DNA of 20,292 nt, the filler included, from Phyllosticta citribraziliensis (Eukaryota), in NCBI RefSeq assembly GCF_038025025.1. It is 3 parts of 3 records of this genome, joined end to end, with 100 filler letters (N's around TTAATTAATTAA, not from the genome) between each part and the next. Parts side by side here need not be neighbours in the genome. Positions count along the whole stretch, not along the records: positions 1 to 13,972 come from NW_027117357.1; 2 more parts are not named here. One strand, 5' to 3'. The notes beneath the pieces are model-generated. The model worked only from the letters and a program-made list of their open reading frames with translations. It did not search any database and was not told the origin of the DNA. Shown here piece by piece: positions 1 to 9,495 of this stretch (the stretch's first letter is position 1; every line of letters begins with the position of its first letter). The translations under genes and the position numbers were made by a program.

Positions 1-1130
1 ATTACTATAACTAAGAAGTAGATTATATATCCTAAGAGAAAGGCCCTACCTGCTCTATTTAAGTATACTAGAAATACTACTAATTTAAAATCCTAATACT
101 AGAACTAGAAGGGTAAGGGCTCTATTAAGGCCTAGCCTAATTACTATACTAGTAGTAAGGATAGTAGTAATAGTAAAGAAGAAGTTAGGGATATATCTAA
201 TAGTAACCTAGATAGAGAGGATAAGGTATTAGTAGATAAGGATACTATAGAGGAAGATATAGCTTATTACTATTATAAGGGATTTTATACTTTTTATTAA
301 CCTTACCCTATTAGGCCCTTTAGCTAGTACTAGTAATAAGACTCTAGATAATACTTAACTAGTCTTATTATATAGATACTAGTTCTGTCTAATATATTTT
401 ATATTATATAATAAGCTATTTATATATTTAAAGGACTATCCTACTAGAGTATAGGATAGATCTAAGAGTAATAAAAACTAAGTAGTCTAAGTAGTATTAG
501 CCTAATAGGGTACCCTAAGTACTTAATACTATTTTTACTATAAGTATATAGGATCTGTAGGTAATTAGTTTATTAGTAAATATAGTAGATATCTAGGTAC
601 CTCCTTATTTCCCTATATACTAATTAGTAGAAATAAGTTTCTAGCTTATACCTAAGGGATTCCTTAATATAGCCTGCTTAGATATAGGAGTATCCTTATC
701 CTTAGTAGTAAGAAGCTTCCTATATAATAAACTACCTAATATTAAGATCTAGACCTTACTAATAGTAGGTACTATTTATAGAGTAGTAGGTAAACCTATA
801 GTATCTAATAAGTATGTCCTTTTACTACTCTACTTACTAGGGGTGCTGCCTAATAGATTATAAGCTATAGGGATAGTGTAATACTATATAAGGGTAGTTT
901 AATAATATGCTAATCCTACTACTTATTAGTATAAATATTATCTAACCTTAAGGGGTCCTAATTAATAGCTTATAAAGTATAGTAATATAGCCTTTCTACT
1001 ATAACCTATAGACTAAGGTGGTCCTATAGAAGTATACTATACTAGTATATAGGGTTATTAAGGCTATATAGTAGATAATTGTTAAGCTATATTTATTAGT
1101 GCTAATTAGTATAATAGTAGGTAAGGATCT
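1..1130 (+). pseudogene. RIP-degraded multi-exon gene relic of unknown function (5' end outside window, 3' end approximate)
   Basis: Three successive stop-poor frames: 1-332 (acidic SKEEVRDISNSNLDREDKVLVDKDTIEEDIA...PYPIRPF), 376-575 (FCLIYFILYNKLFIYLKDYPTRV) and 631-~1130 (IPKGFLNIACLDIG...GVLPN...GGPIEV). The frame changes are exactly explained by intron-like segments 333-375 (GTAATA..TAG, weak donor) and 576-630 (GTAAAT..ACTAAT..TAG). Stops are TAA/TAG, as expected from RIP. Confidence 0.45.
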
Positions 1131-1326
1131 CCTTAACTAGCTATATAAATTTTAACCTAATTAGTAAACTAGCTAGATTCTATTCCTGGTTTAAGGTGGT
1201 ATCCTATATTATATAGTATATAATTTAGATTTTAGTTAGCTATTTACTTATAATAATATAGATAAGCTACTTATAATCCTATAATAAGTAAGGCTTAGAT
1301 ACTTAGTAGCTATAGAAATTAATAGC

Positions 1327-1452
1327 TAACCCTAACCCTAACCCTAACCCTAACCCTAACCCTAACCCTAACCCTAACCCTAACCCTAACCCTAACCCTA
1401 ACCCTAACCCTAACCCTAACCCTAACCCTAACCCTAACCCTAACCCTAACCC
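1327..1452 (+). repeat. Telomeric repeat tract (TAACCC)21, interstitial in this assembly
   Basis: 21 perfect TAACCC units (126 bp), the complement of the canonical filamentous-fungal TTAGGG repeat, with contiguous non-gap sequence on both sides. Confidence 0.98.
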
Positions 1453-1501
1453 TAGCTATTAATTAAGTACTAAGTAGCCTTAATAATTACCTAATTAGAA
1501 T

Positions 1502-2310
1502 TATCTAAAGTATATAATTATAATATACTACTAATAATTAATAAAAAGTAAAAGTAGTTACTATTTAATCTATATAAAATAACTATCTATATCTTAACTA
1601 GCTATAAATAGCTAGTATATATATATATAATAAATACTAAATACTATAAAATATAACTATATATACTATATAGTATACTAGTATATAATAATATATTTTA
1701 GACTCTTTCTAGATCTAGTCTACTATCTCTTAGAGCTTACTACTTAGTAAGTCTATTAATCTATTTAAATATAATTTATTAGTATAATATATATATACTA
1801 GCTATTTATAGCTAGTTAAATAGTAGATAGTTATTTTATATAGACTATATAATAACTACTCTTACTTCTTATCTATTAATTATTAGTAGTCTATATTAAT
1901 TTACTCTACTAGATACTATAATAATAGATAGTTATTTTATTTAGACTATATAATAACTATTCTTACTTCTTACTAATTAATTCTTAGTAGTTTATATTTA
2001 TTATTTTATTAGATACTATAATAATTATAAACTTAATAAAATTTAGATTTTTTAATATATTTAATAACTAGATATTTTATTCTAATATCTTCTAAGATAT
2101 AATAAAAGTAAAAAAACTTATTAATAAAAAATAAAAAATAAATTATATTCTCTATAAGTTAAGTTAAACTATTAATAGTATTATAGTATTTAGTAAAGTA
2201 GGTTATATAGACTACTAATAATTAATAGAGAAGAAGTAGAGTAGTTATTATATAGTCTTTATAGAATAACTATCTACTTCTAAGCTAATTTAGTATAGCT
2301 AGTATATATA
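1502..2310. repeat. Four degenerate copies of a ~100-140 bp unit in mixed orientation
   Basis: Core ACTACTAATAATTAATAGA.AAGAAGTA.GAGTAGTTATTATATAGTCT.TATA.AATAACTATCTA occurs forward at ~1502-1635 and ~2182-2310, and as reverse complement at ~1774-1920 and ~1925-2020 (the last two tandem, period ~100). Confidence 0.85.
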
Positions 2311-2379
2311 AGTAGTAAATATAAATTACTAAATACTAGGAAATACTAAAGACGCGTAAGCGCGCGTAATACTATAGAC

Positions 2380-3893
2380 CTAAAGAAGAACTTTTTCCCA
2401 CCACGGGTATAAGATAGATGTCGACCAAGTCGCGACTACCCGTAGCGACTTAAGAAGCTTATAGATATCAATGAGGTTTTCCGTGCCTCCTATAAGCTTC
2501 GGACCGTACATCTTGAACGTGTTTGTCTCGGGTTCATTAGTGACGAAGTAGAGATTCCATCTCGTCCCAGCAACGACGATGGCGGGAAGCGTTGGTACGG
2601 GCGCTCTGCCTTGGGCAAGCTGGCGGAAGCGCGCAATCTGAAGCGCTGTACAGCTAAATACTTGCGCATCTGCCCTTGATTTCTCAGTAACGGTGCCGGA
2701 CTTGGTCTCTATGCTGACAGCGATCGGGCGTCTGCACATGTACTCGAGGGCAGTTGCGTTGAAAGTCTACGGCAGCTGTCAGTTGCGCTATTCTCTTCTG
2801 CTAGTCCGAGATTTGTAAACCGACCGGTCTGACGTTTGGTTGGCCTTGAGCAAGCACTGCGTTCCATAGCCGCGGAAATTGTTGCTGACTTGGCAGATCG
2901 AGAACGATGGCGTAGTCAACCATGCTGGACGGGTGCAGGGGATTGATGGAGAGTGTCGAAGCCAAGTCTCTAGGGTAAACAGCTGCTCGTGTCCTGTGAA
3001 ACAATGTCATCAGAGCGGCACAAGAAGAGGAAAAAGTCCCGGATGTGTACGCACACATTGCGCCAGCCCACCCCGTCGAGACCGCGGAGCGCAGTTTGTA
3101 ACACCGGATAGTGGACCATTTCGTTCCAACACGCTTCGGTTCCCTCTTCCTGGACCAAATCCTTTGAAGCCTCGTAAACGTCGAGAACGTGGTCGAACTC
3201 GCGCTCGATTTGACGGTCGTCGCGGTCGTCGACCGCGTAGATGTCGTCGCCGACACCCAAATACTCAAAATGCTGAGTTGCGGCACTTTCGTTCTGTCGG
3301 CTTAATCAGCCTCGGTCGCGAAGACCATCCCAACCCCAGAAGCAACTTGCCTTGAGCTGGACAGGAACGAGCCTTTGGGTACTCAGAGACTTTGGTATCT
3401 GTGAGAGGAGCCCAAATGCATCCCGACCAAGAACATCAACCTCTTTGCCAGCAATCGTCTCAAGCCCAATGGCCTTCTCGCCCGCCGATATAGACAATTC
3501 GATCATGGATTTGACAGGGCTTCGAGTCGAACTGGCCGTCGTCGTCGTGGTTGATTTAGACGAGCGCGATGGCAGCGATGGCGTGCCGCGGGTTCTCTTA
3601 GATTGTGGCGGCCTGGGCGTCTCTTCCTCGTCCTGCCTTCCTTGTGATGCATGCCTCTTTGAGGGTGTGCTGGTCGACATGTCAGGTGTGGGCAGGCGGA
3701 GACGGCAGCGCTTGGATGGCGGCGGCGGCGACGGCGATTGCGATTGATGGCGGCGCTTGCGTGAGGATGAGGATGAGGATGAAGACTGCTGGTGCGGACG
3801 TGGAGATTCGCGATCGTCGTCGACGACTTGGTGGAGCCAGTTGAAGACGTGTTGCTGTTGCTGATGCTGTTCCTGCTGCTCGTACACCGGCAT
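2380..3893 (-). CDS. Fungal PD-(D/E)XK nuclease-like domain protein, ~445 aa, 4 exons (3893-3351, 3293-3055, 2993-2825, 2766-2380)
   Basis: Four ORF-track fragments join in frame across introns 3350-3294 (GC-AG), 3054-2994 (GTGCGT..CAG) and 2824-2767 (GTCGGT..ACTGAC..TAG; an alternative donor 9 nt upstream is possible). Disordered S/P/R-rich N-terminus ending RSPVK, then EACWNEMVHYPVL, MVDYAIVL, RPIAVSIETK (D...ExK core), LPAIVVAGTRWNLYF and GGTENLIDIYKLLKSL..W. These match my recollection of the fungal PDDEXK-like family. Confidence 0.85.
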
Positions 3894-4490
3894 CGGAAAT
3901 TGAAGGCAAGAGAGTGGATGCAGAGATATTGATTTGGTGAAGCTGCTATATAGCGATGGCAATGTTATATGGTTGGTGGTTGTATGGTTGGTGGTTGGTG
4001 GTTGGGTGTTGGTTGTTTACGGTATGATGGGGTGGCGGTGTTGTGCCTGCAGGAGACTGACTGCGGCACCTAGGCGAGTGTCGGGTGACCATTTACCCGC
4101 GCGTTTAATCGCTGTGCTCCATTAGCTCGCGAGCCTCACTCGTTAGCCAGATGGCGCCTCATGAGAAAAGTCCTGACCAATGGTTTAGAGTAGTTAGTTC
4201 TAGTTTATTCGATGAGCATTCGTCGTTGCCAAGATAAAACAGGTGGTCGCCTAGGCAGCGCTTAGTAATATACGCGGTCCGAGGTCTCAGCAGAGGTCGC
4301 CGACGACCTGCTTCAAGTTCTAGTATCTAATTCGATGCCTCTTCCTACTCGACTACCTTCTACTCGTAGCAAAATCGGATGATTGCCATGGATATGACCT
4401 GACCTGACCGCGACCACGACTTACGCCTCGACTCATCCATCCTATAGAGTCAAAGCACTGCAACCCTGCCAGCCGGTTTCGACGCAGACC

Positions 4491-5033
4491 ATGGCGCCAA
4501 AAGTCGCGACCACAACGCGCAGCGCAAACACCACACTCCGTGGGCTCAAGACGCGACTGAAGACAACGCAGGCCATCCTCGGCGAGGCTCGCGCAAAGCT
4601 AGCCAAAATGGAGCTCGGCATCACCCAACTGCAGGACCTCGGGCGCAAGCGGTCCAGTGTCGTTGACGCAGAGCGCGAGCGGCTGCAGCAGCGGAGCGGC
4701 GAGCTCAAGGGCCTCGCGCACGAAGCGCACGAGGTGGCCGGCGACGTTGCGGCGAAGAAGCAGCCGGAGTTGAAGAGACTTCCACGGACGCCGCCGGGCA
4801 AGCAGACGTTCCAGTATGTTGCACACGAAGCGGGCGGAAACGTCAAGGCTCTTCCACAGCGCGCCACTCTCGACAAACACCCAAACAGCGTTTCCAGCGG
4901 CGGCACTTTCGTTGACGCCCACCAGGACCGCATCGACTCGCCCATGAGGGAGGAGAAGCACAAGAGCTGGGGCTCGGATGACAAGGGATTTGTGTCCGCT
5001 CGGCAGTCTCTGGAGGATCCGTTCATCGACTGA
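4491..5033 (+). CDS. Hypothetical protein, 180 aa, N-terminal coiled-coil
   Basis: ATG in good context (GACCATGG), GC3-rich codons, heptad-like stretch LRGLKTRLKTTQAILGEARAKLAKMELGITQLQDL...ERERLQQRSGELKGLAHE. No recognisable domain. Confidence 0.6.
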   Translation: MAPKVATTTRSANTTLRGLKTRLKTTQAILGEARAKLAKMELGITQLQDLGRKRSSVVDAERERLQQRSGELKGLAHEAHEVAGDVAAKKQPELKRLPRTPPGKQTFQYVAHEAGGNVKALPQRATLDKHPNSVSSGGTFVDAHQDRIDSPMREEKHKSWGSDDKGFVSARQSLEDPFID

Positions 5034-6638
5034 TTCCCGCTCGCATGTCTTTACCGCTCGGCTAGTGGCGCACGGGGATTGTTTCTGCGTTGTGGTCAGC
5101 ATAGGGGCAAGATACCCGACTCGGAAGGAAATGGTCAGCATCCAAAGGCGTTTTCAAGGTTCGGTATACCCACGGATGAAAGTTGAATGGAGTTTTGCGA
5201 AAGTCATACATCTCGCCGGCGCAATTCGATACAGCGGGCAATCAGGCGAACAAACTCAGCCAAGAATGAAGTTCTTTTCGCTTGAATTGCGACTCATAGT
5301 GACGGTGATCTGTGAATTTGACAAACAACAACGATTCGAAGCGCACGCCCACAGAGACCTCGCCATAGGCAGACCAAGAATCCGCAAGACGGTGTGCGTA
5401 TTGAAGGCCGAGTAGCAAGAAATCCAGGAGATGGGGGCGGTAAAGATCCTGCGCATGGTCGTCGGAGCAGAGCGCAAGCAAAATATCGGCAGCGGTCTGA
5501 GCCTTCGACGACAGCCGCGGGAAAGCTTGCACATCGTATGTGGAAATTCGTAAAGATCGGAATGCATCTCTGAGGCTTGTCAAGCAGGCATTGCTTTGAG
5601 CGGGCTGCTTGGCCACCCGAAGTGATCATGATTAGCCGAGTGGCCTGGCTTCTGGAACCGTAATCCTGAAGGATGCGCAATGCACAAACAAACTGATTGC
5701 ATGGAAAGGAGATGCGCAAGCAAGCGGCAAGAGGGCTTCAAGGTGGGAGTAATCCACGACAGTCAACTTTGATCTCGTTGAGAATTTGTGACTGTTGAAG
5801 AACTTGAGTTGGACGTGAAGGAAACCGACAGCGAAACTCCTCTGGTTCCAAGGAGCAGAAATCAGACAGAAGTACATGTGGAAAAAAGAATCAGAAGCAA
5901 AAAGATCGTACGGATGCAAAGGAAACGTTCGGCGCCGGAGCGAGGAGCAAGTACTGCTCCTAATGGCTCGTGGGAATGGAAGTGCGCTGCAGATCAGCTA
6001 TGCAGCGCGGTTCGATGTAGAGGCATGCTCCAGTGGTTTGGTCAGGATGATTACCATAGACAAATGGACATGATTGATCCAAGACAATGTGATGAAGTCG
6101 CTGCCGTCCCCGGCCAAGGTACCCTGTCTGATCAATTCTTCAAAGTCGATGGCAATTCCGTCTTGGGAGCAGCGGTGAAGGTCCTGTAGCGGAAGCGGAG
6201 AGGATTCCCGATGGCCAGATTCTCGTGTTGCAAAGAGAAGCGGGAAAAACGTCCATCGTCGCTCGGGAAGCTTTGGAAAGCGATTTCTCTTGAACCTCAG
6301 GCACGGCGGACGGGGGAGAAGGAAAAGTGGCTGAGCAGCGGCATATTGAGATGCTCAATACGCTATGCCTTGGCAAGGCCGGGCAGAATAGACCGAGTTG
6401 AATAAAGGAGAGTAATGAGAGGAAAGTCAGGGGAATGGTTTGAGACACCGCAAGAGCAAGGCCCTTCGTCCGAGTAGAATCGAGGATCAAGAAAGACCAT
6501 ACCGACCAGCTGACGCTGTGACGACATCGACAAGAACGAAACCAACTGAAACGATTATGGCGCTGGGAGATGTCCGTTCCTCATGAGGGTATTGTGCAAT
6601 TCAATTGCTTCGTCATCGAGAAATCCACACGCACCTCC

Positions 6639-7089
6639 TCATTTCCTGCCCTCGACCATGACGATGTGGTAGCCCTCGCTGGTCTTGACCTCTGCGTACT
6701 TTGGGTTGCCCGTTGTGCTAGGCTCCAGCTCATACGCAACCTTTTCGAAGTCAGCGAGCAAGCTTCCGCGCGTCTTCCAGCCCAAAGAGCCGCCTAAAGG
6801 ATACCTATCAGCACAATTCTTCAAACACCGGCTCGCCGCTCCAGCTACCAGGCTCCATGGAAGAAATGAACACACCTTGTCGCGCCTTGTCCTCCGACAT
6901 CTCCCTCGCTACTTCGTCAAACTTTGCGCCGTTGCGCAGCTTCTCCAAGGCCTCCTCCTTCTTGCTGTGCTTTTCGCATAGGATGTGGCGCACGTTGATG
7001 CTGGTTGCAGGCTTGAGCTTGCCGCTGCCCTTGTCGCCGCCGGCGTCTTTTCCGCCCTTGCCGCCAGCCTGCTTGCCTTTGGGCGCCAT
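6639..7089 (-). CDS. PIN4: Parvulin-type peptidyl-prolyl cis-trans isomerase (Par14/PIN4), 122 aa, exons 7089-6876 and 6793-6639
   Basis: K/G-rich N-terminus [48 protein letters not shown]-terminal [11 protein letters not shown]. An 82 bp intron 6875-6794 (GTGTGT..GCTGAT..TAG) restores QGGSLGW. Confidence 0.96.
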
Positions 7090-7410
7090 GATGTTTCGTG
7101 TGCTGGTGAGAGGGCGAGGTTGTGGAGTTGTTGGAGGAGCGAGAATCTGTTTGAGACGGTGGGGCTGACGTCGTGGGAATCCGGATTGGCGGCGGGTGGT
7201 CATAGCTTCAAGCTCAACACCAGCTACTCGCAGGGCATTTCCAGGCTTCCTGTCAAGATCACTTCTTGCTTCCAGGTTTGCGCTTCCAACATGTATCGGA
7301 CGGGCTGCGGCGCCCAGATCTTTGTTTGCTGTGGATTGATTGCAGCTCGATAACCGGGCCTTGAGACTTTCCCATCTCCCGACACGAAATCTACAACCAC
7401 CACCATCGAC
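7090..7410. promoter_or_regulatory. Probable bidirectional promoter between PIN4 and the AlkB-like gene
   Basis: Only 321 bp separate the two divergent start codons. Inferred from arrangement; no specific motif identified. Confidence 0.55.
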
Positions 7411-8238
7411 ATGGCCGACAACTTCAGAGGCAAGCTTCTGGAAGCGGCGCGCATTCCACATCTACCGGATGCCATGTACTACATTCCAGACTTCATCACT
7501 GAATACGAAGAGGAACAAATCCTGGCCAAGGTATTCCTCCACGGTGTTTCGACCCAGCGCTGCTAACACCAACAGCTGCCGCCAAACCGCTGGACGGTCC
7601 TCTCGCACCGCCGACTCCAAGCCCATCCGTCCACACTGACGGCGTCCAACACGCTGCTCGCCGCGCCGCTTCCCAACTATCTGACCACCAGCCCGGCGCC
7701 GCTACTCGCGCGCTTCGAGCAGCTCAGCATCTTTTCGCATACGCCGCACCGAGCCCCGAACCACTGCCTTGTCAACGAATATCGGCGCGGCGAAGGAATC
7801 ATGCCACACGAAGACGGAGCCGCCTACGCCCCCGTTGTTGCAACCGTTAGTCTCGGCGGCACAGTGGTGTTGGAAGTGACGCCGAAGCGGCGCGACGAAG
7901 TAGACAAGGACAGCGAGAAAGAGGCAGTCGAGGCATTGGGCCCTGAGGAGCAGCAGCGTACACAGAGAATCGTGTGCGCGCCTCGGTCATTGTTGGTGAC
8001 TGTGCGGACGGCGTACACAACAACGCTACATGGAATACCCGACGTCTCAGTGGACGAGTTTCTAGGGCCAGGGACGGTTGCGAACTGGGATTTACTGGGA
8101 CACGAAGCTCGGGAAAAATACCTGGTGGCTGGAGGGCGCAATGAGCGAGGAACAAGAGTCAGTCTGACGTTTCGGGATGTACTCAAGGTGGCAAAGGCGG
8201 GGGGACTGGGCAAGCTTTTGGGCGGTGGGAGGAAGTAG
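7411..8238 (+). CDS. ALKBH6: Fe(II)/2-oxoglutarate-dependent dioxygenase, ALKBH6-like, 260 aa, exons 7411-7530 and 7576-8238
   Basis: [19 protein letters not shown] | [15 protein letters not shown]...[19 protein letters not shown] (HxD), VATVSLG, PRSLLV, LHGI (distal His), [10 protein letters not shown] (2OG-binding Arg). 45 bp intron 7531-7575 (GTATTC..GCTAAC..CAG). Confidence 0.92.
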
Positions 8239-9495
8239 CTGTAGACTTGGGGCAGTGTTTTCTCTCCCGACCAGTCAGAAGTGCATGCTTGGTGTTTGGG
8301 AGGGCTGGGACATGGAAAATTTCGCTTTGCCAGTAAGGTAGGATGCATGGTGGCCGTCATGCGCACGGTCTAGAGACATGATTGGCTGAGGGATTCTTTG
8401 TTCAGGGTCTTATCTACAAGAATAGCCACATGGACTTGATGTTCCCCGACGCAGCTGACGGGTAGGGTACGCTGAAACAGATGGTCGTATGCGAGAACAA
8501 GATTCAGGGCGGTAGATAGAGTTCACTGAGCACATGAGTAAGGCGAGTTGAGTTGGGGCAGCGTGTGTTGCGGAGCACATGGACAGACAGCAGGGCAGAG
8601 ATCTGATGGGGACAGGCACGATAAGGATTGCGCAACATGGCGACATGGCATGCATGTTTCCTTGGACGGATAAAGCCGACGCTGTGAGGCAGCATGATGC
8701 GGTGCAGCATGTGCAAAATAAAGAGATGTCAAAAAGGCAGAGCAGAGGGACCCTGCATGGCGGCTCGAGGGCGGGATGCAACCAACGGAACCCAAAACGG
8801 CACGGCCAGAGGCGCCACGACGGGTGCGCGGCGCGAGCCTTTGGAGCGTTCGTTTTTCGATTCCTGAGCAGAGGGAGGGCGGGCGACGATGACGATTGGA
8901 GTGGATTGTTGGAGCAAACATGACCTCGAGCGTGACGGTGCAGCTCACCTCATGATCCACCAGGGCGAGGGGCACGTGGCTGCGAGAGAGCCGGGCGGCG
9001 TGTGGGATGGATTCCTGGAGAAGATAGCGATAAGGGCTTCCTCTGAAGTCGAACAGAAGATGTTATTTACTCTTCTTCCTCTCTCTCTCTCTCCTGACGT
9101 GCCCAGTGTCTCACACAAACTGAACTCATTGCTAGCAGAGCAGGGCATCCAGTGGGCAGCTGCACTTGGGCCTTGGGCTGACCTGACCTGTCTCTGAATC
9201 CCAACACCCCGCTTCGCTGCATCACATCGCATCCCCATCTCCATCCCTCATCCCCGGCTTCTCCTCTCCAAGCCTCGCTACCGCTGATTCATGCCTCTGC
9301 GGCTCCCTCTCCAACCTCCGCTGCCTGGTTGTTCTACTCCTCTGTACTCCACGCTGTCTTACCAACCAGTCAGCTCAGCTCATCTCGTCGCATCTGTCCG
9401 CACTTGTCCCCGAACGTCTCTCGCTTCATAACCCGCCTGCCGCTTGCAGCTCCTCAAACCACACCACCCGTCACCCGCACGCCATCTAGCCGCCA

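Larger units (their letters stand above)
1..2350. other. AT-rich RIP-mutated block (left)
   Basis: Extreme TpA excess with near absence of CpA/TpG and CpG; abrupt switch to GC-balanced DNA at about 2350-2400. Confidence 0.9.

Noticed and set aside
265..340. Second DUF3716-like motif in the left relic (possible CxxC...GPFxxC after de-RIP)
   Set aside because: The downstream GxCxNC half could not be found in any frame, so the assignment is unsupported.
1327..1452. Tandem array as CRISPR or ordinary microsatellite
   Set aside because: No spacers, eukaryotic context, and the unit is the canonical telomere hexamer.
2879..3844. Plus-strand ORFs overlapping the nuclease-like gene
   Set aside because: Antisense shadows of a GC-rich coding region with no recognisable motifs.
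3894..3962. N-terminal extension in the ORF track (3306..3962)
   Set aside because: It starts at a non-ATG codon; the first ATG is at 3893 and the upstream part looks like 5' UTR.
4060..4345. Short repeats in the divergent intergenic region (CCTAGGCGA/TCGCCTAGG; AGTTCTAGT..ATTCGATG twice)
   Set aside because: Only 8-9 bp matches, too short to distinguish from chance.
5788..6189. 133 aa plus-strand ORF
   Set aside because: Non-ATG start, no domain, and no convincing splice partner.
7090..7461. Long N-terminal extension of PIN4 in ORF 6808..7461
   Set aside because: It overlaps the start of the AlkB-like gene, and MAPKGK at 7089 is the typical Par14 start.
8240..9495. Several short ORFs between the AlkB-like and F-box genes
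   Set aside because: Low-complexity translations; the CT-rich part is typical promoter/5' UTR of the F-box gene.
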